Origin: Pelomyxa schiedti
Taxonomy: Eukaryota > Protista > Evosea
Direction: 5' to 3'
Assembly: GCA_020536535.1 (NCBI GenBank)
Contig: JAHLWZ010000822.1
Coordinates: 1-64,000 of the forward strand
DNA length: 64,000 nt
Positions within the stretch are counted from its first letter, which is position 1. Each line of letters starts with the position of its first letter. Both the position numbers and the translations under genes were made by a program. The notes beneath the pieces were generated by a model. It did no database searches, was not told the DNA's origin, and was given only the letters and a program-made list of their open reading frames with translations. Below, in pieces: positions 62,357 to 64,000 of the stretch.

Positions 62357-63424
62357 ATGAGCCGGCGTGAACCTGAACGACGACAACGAGAGAACCAACG
62401 TGCACGTGCACGCGAACGTTGCTTGACAGAGGATGCAGCACTTGTTATAGACACTGATCCAGCATTCAGCACTTGGCCAATTGCAACTGTGAGAAACCTT
62501 ACATACTTTATTCACCAAGGTACTACAAATTGCAGCGCGGAAGCGTTCTCACAGGCCTGTGCCAAATGGGAATCTGTCTGTGGGGTGGCATTCAAACCTG
62601 TGACGACAGTGCAAGAAGCTATGTTTGATATTAGGGATGCTTCTCTGTATGAGGAGACACAAAGTAACAACACAGTCTTCTCACAGTCATTCTTTCCTGG
62701 TGACCCATCGGCGCACACTGTGGTGTGTTACAATAAAATGAATACACTAGCTCCTGGACTAGCTGTTTCTGTTTTCGCACATGAGCTTGGTCATATCTTG
62801 GGCTGGAGACATGAGCATATTAGGGATGCTGATGCTGCTACAAATAGGGGGGAGGCACATACGCCAACATGTGTTGATGTAACACCATATGACAGAAACT
62901 CTATAATGCACTATGATAAAATCCTTGGTGATATTGCTATGGGGCTGGTTTCAGAAATTAGTACTTATGATGCTCAAGGAGCCCGAGCTGTCTATGGTGC
63001 TCCTATTCGTTTCTCCCAAAGATCAATGTCGATAGAAGAAGCAAAGACCCTATGGGCACAAGACCCTAACGTGGATCGTGTACAGGTGCACCCTTGCCCA
63101 TGTCAATGGAGGCCAGCTGGTGGAGCCCCACACCCATGCCCCCTCAAGTCAAGCATATCAACACCGACAATGCTGTACACACGTGTGCAGCTCTCGCAGG
63201 TTCCCTCGACATGCTGCATTACGCCATCATTCCGCAGAGACACACTGTGCCCAAAAACAGGGTGTGACAATGGTGGCACACAAGGAGGATGGTGTGCCAC
63301 CATAATGCCTGATGGTACATACCACTGCTTGCATTGCTGGTGCCACCGCAGGCCACATTTTACTGGTGCCTTTGAACCTTGTACTAAAACAGTGCACCAG
63401 TGCACTGTATGGGTTAGACTCTAA
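62357..63424 (+). CDS. Intronless metzincin zinc metalloprotease (matrixin/astacin-like) with Cys/His-rich C-terminal domain
   Basis: HELGHILGWRHEH zinc motif, Met-turn PYDRNSIMHY, SFFPG and ISTYDAQGARAVYG. Tail contains more than ten Cys. Confidence 0.87.
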   Translation: MSRREPERRQRENQRARARERCLTEDAALVIDTDPAFSTWPIATVRNLTYFIHQGTTNCSAEAFSQACAKWESVCGVAFKPVTTVQEAMFDIRDASLYEETQSNNTVFSQSFFPGDPSAHTVVCYNKMNTLAPGLAVSVFAHELGHILGWRHEHIRDADAATNRGEAHTPTCVDVTPYDRNSIMHYDKILGDIAMGLVSEISTYDAQGARAVYGAPIRFSQRSMSIEEAKTLWAQDPNVDRVQVHPCPCQWRPAGGAPHPCPLKSSISTPTMLYTRVQLSQVPSTCCITPSFRRDTLCPKTGCDNGGTQGGWCATIMPDGTYHCLHCWCHRRPHFTGAFEPCTKTVHQCTVWVRL

Positions 63425-64000
63425 CAATCCCGCAATCCCAGGTGTAAAAAGGGGTTAAAAGAAAAGAAACTTCCAAATTCATCATTTTGTGTTAGTCTTA
63501 CAGTAAGCGACCTTACTAAAAATCGTAAACCGGCTGCGGTGAAGTACACACCACTTCTGATTTGTGTGGTGACACTTCTTTTTGAGAGCATGCCTTGCAC
63601 TATGGATAATGTTCAATTGAAATTCTAAAGTTGGGTTAGGAGATCAAAAACACGAACCAACAAAAACAAACGGTTTTGCCGGTATTGTCAGTGGGGGGTG
63701 CACACTCAACAACAACAACACAACTGCAACAAGTGACCATGAACATGACGCAAGAGAGATTACCATTGAATTCCAAAAAGAATGGATGCACACAAACACG
63801 AGCCCCAGCCCCGAGACTGGATATTTTCTTCACTCAACTCCGTAGGCTCATTGCATACACAATACACACGTTGGAATGGAGTCTCAGCAGAATTCCCCAA
63901 CGCACGCACAATCTGCAATCACGCTTCCGTAGCGCTGACAGCCTCATCGTCAACCCAAAACCACAGCGAATCTCCACCCGCAACAATGTCCAACAACAGC

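Noticed and set aside
63636-64000. Possible 3' end of a minus-strand gene at the window edge
   Set aside because: Only short ORFs with no recognisable motif, so it cannot be supported.

Overview
Gene-dense, intron-rich eukaryotic (protist) genomic DNA. Introns are short (~40-100 nt, mostly GT-AG, often T-run-rich), 5' exons are GC-rich and low-complexity, and intergenic gaps are very short. The gene style resembles the archamoeba Pelomyxa, but this is inference only. I can support about 24 protein-coding genes. Housekeeping and signalling genes include NXF1/Mex67, an ABCG half-transporter, Tubby, a NEK kinase, Rab8, a C2-RhoGAP-EF-hand protein, an MBOAT (SOAT/DGAT1 type), an EF-hand/CUE protein, a histidine acid phosphatase, a TDP2-like EEP enzyme, an F-box/LRR protein, a divergent DEAD-box helicase, Mago nashi, MAPK15/ERK7 and SPATA5/AFG2. 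Unusual elements: (1) a carboxylic-acid-reductase-like A-T-R enzyme with two N-terminal beta-barrel-like repeats and a ZZ zinc finger, tail-to-tail with the MBOAT acyltransferase; (2) a ~7-kb multi-exon orphan gene that appears to splice in frame into a bacterial-type YukJ/DUF2278 domain; (3) an intron-containing DUF262 (GmrSD/SspE-type) gene with no HNH nuclease; (4) a catalytically degenerate Nudix domain fused to a RING finger; (5) a probable MavL/DUF4804-like macrodomain protein; (6) a pseudophosphatase; (7) several forced GC-AG introns; (8) a MITE-like element nested between 106-bp direct repeats. Gene boundaries come from manual splice reconstruction and are approximate where stated. No rRNA, tRNA or CRISPR features were found.
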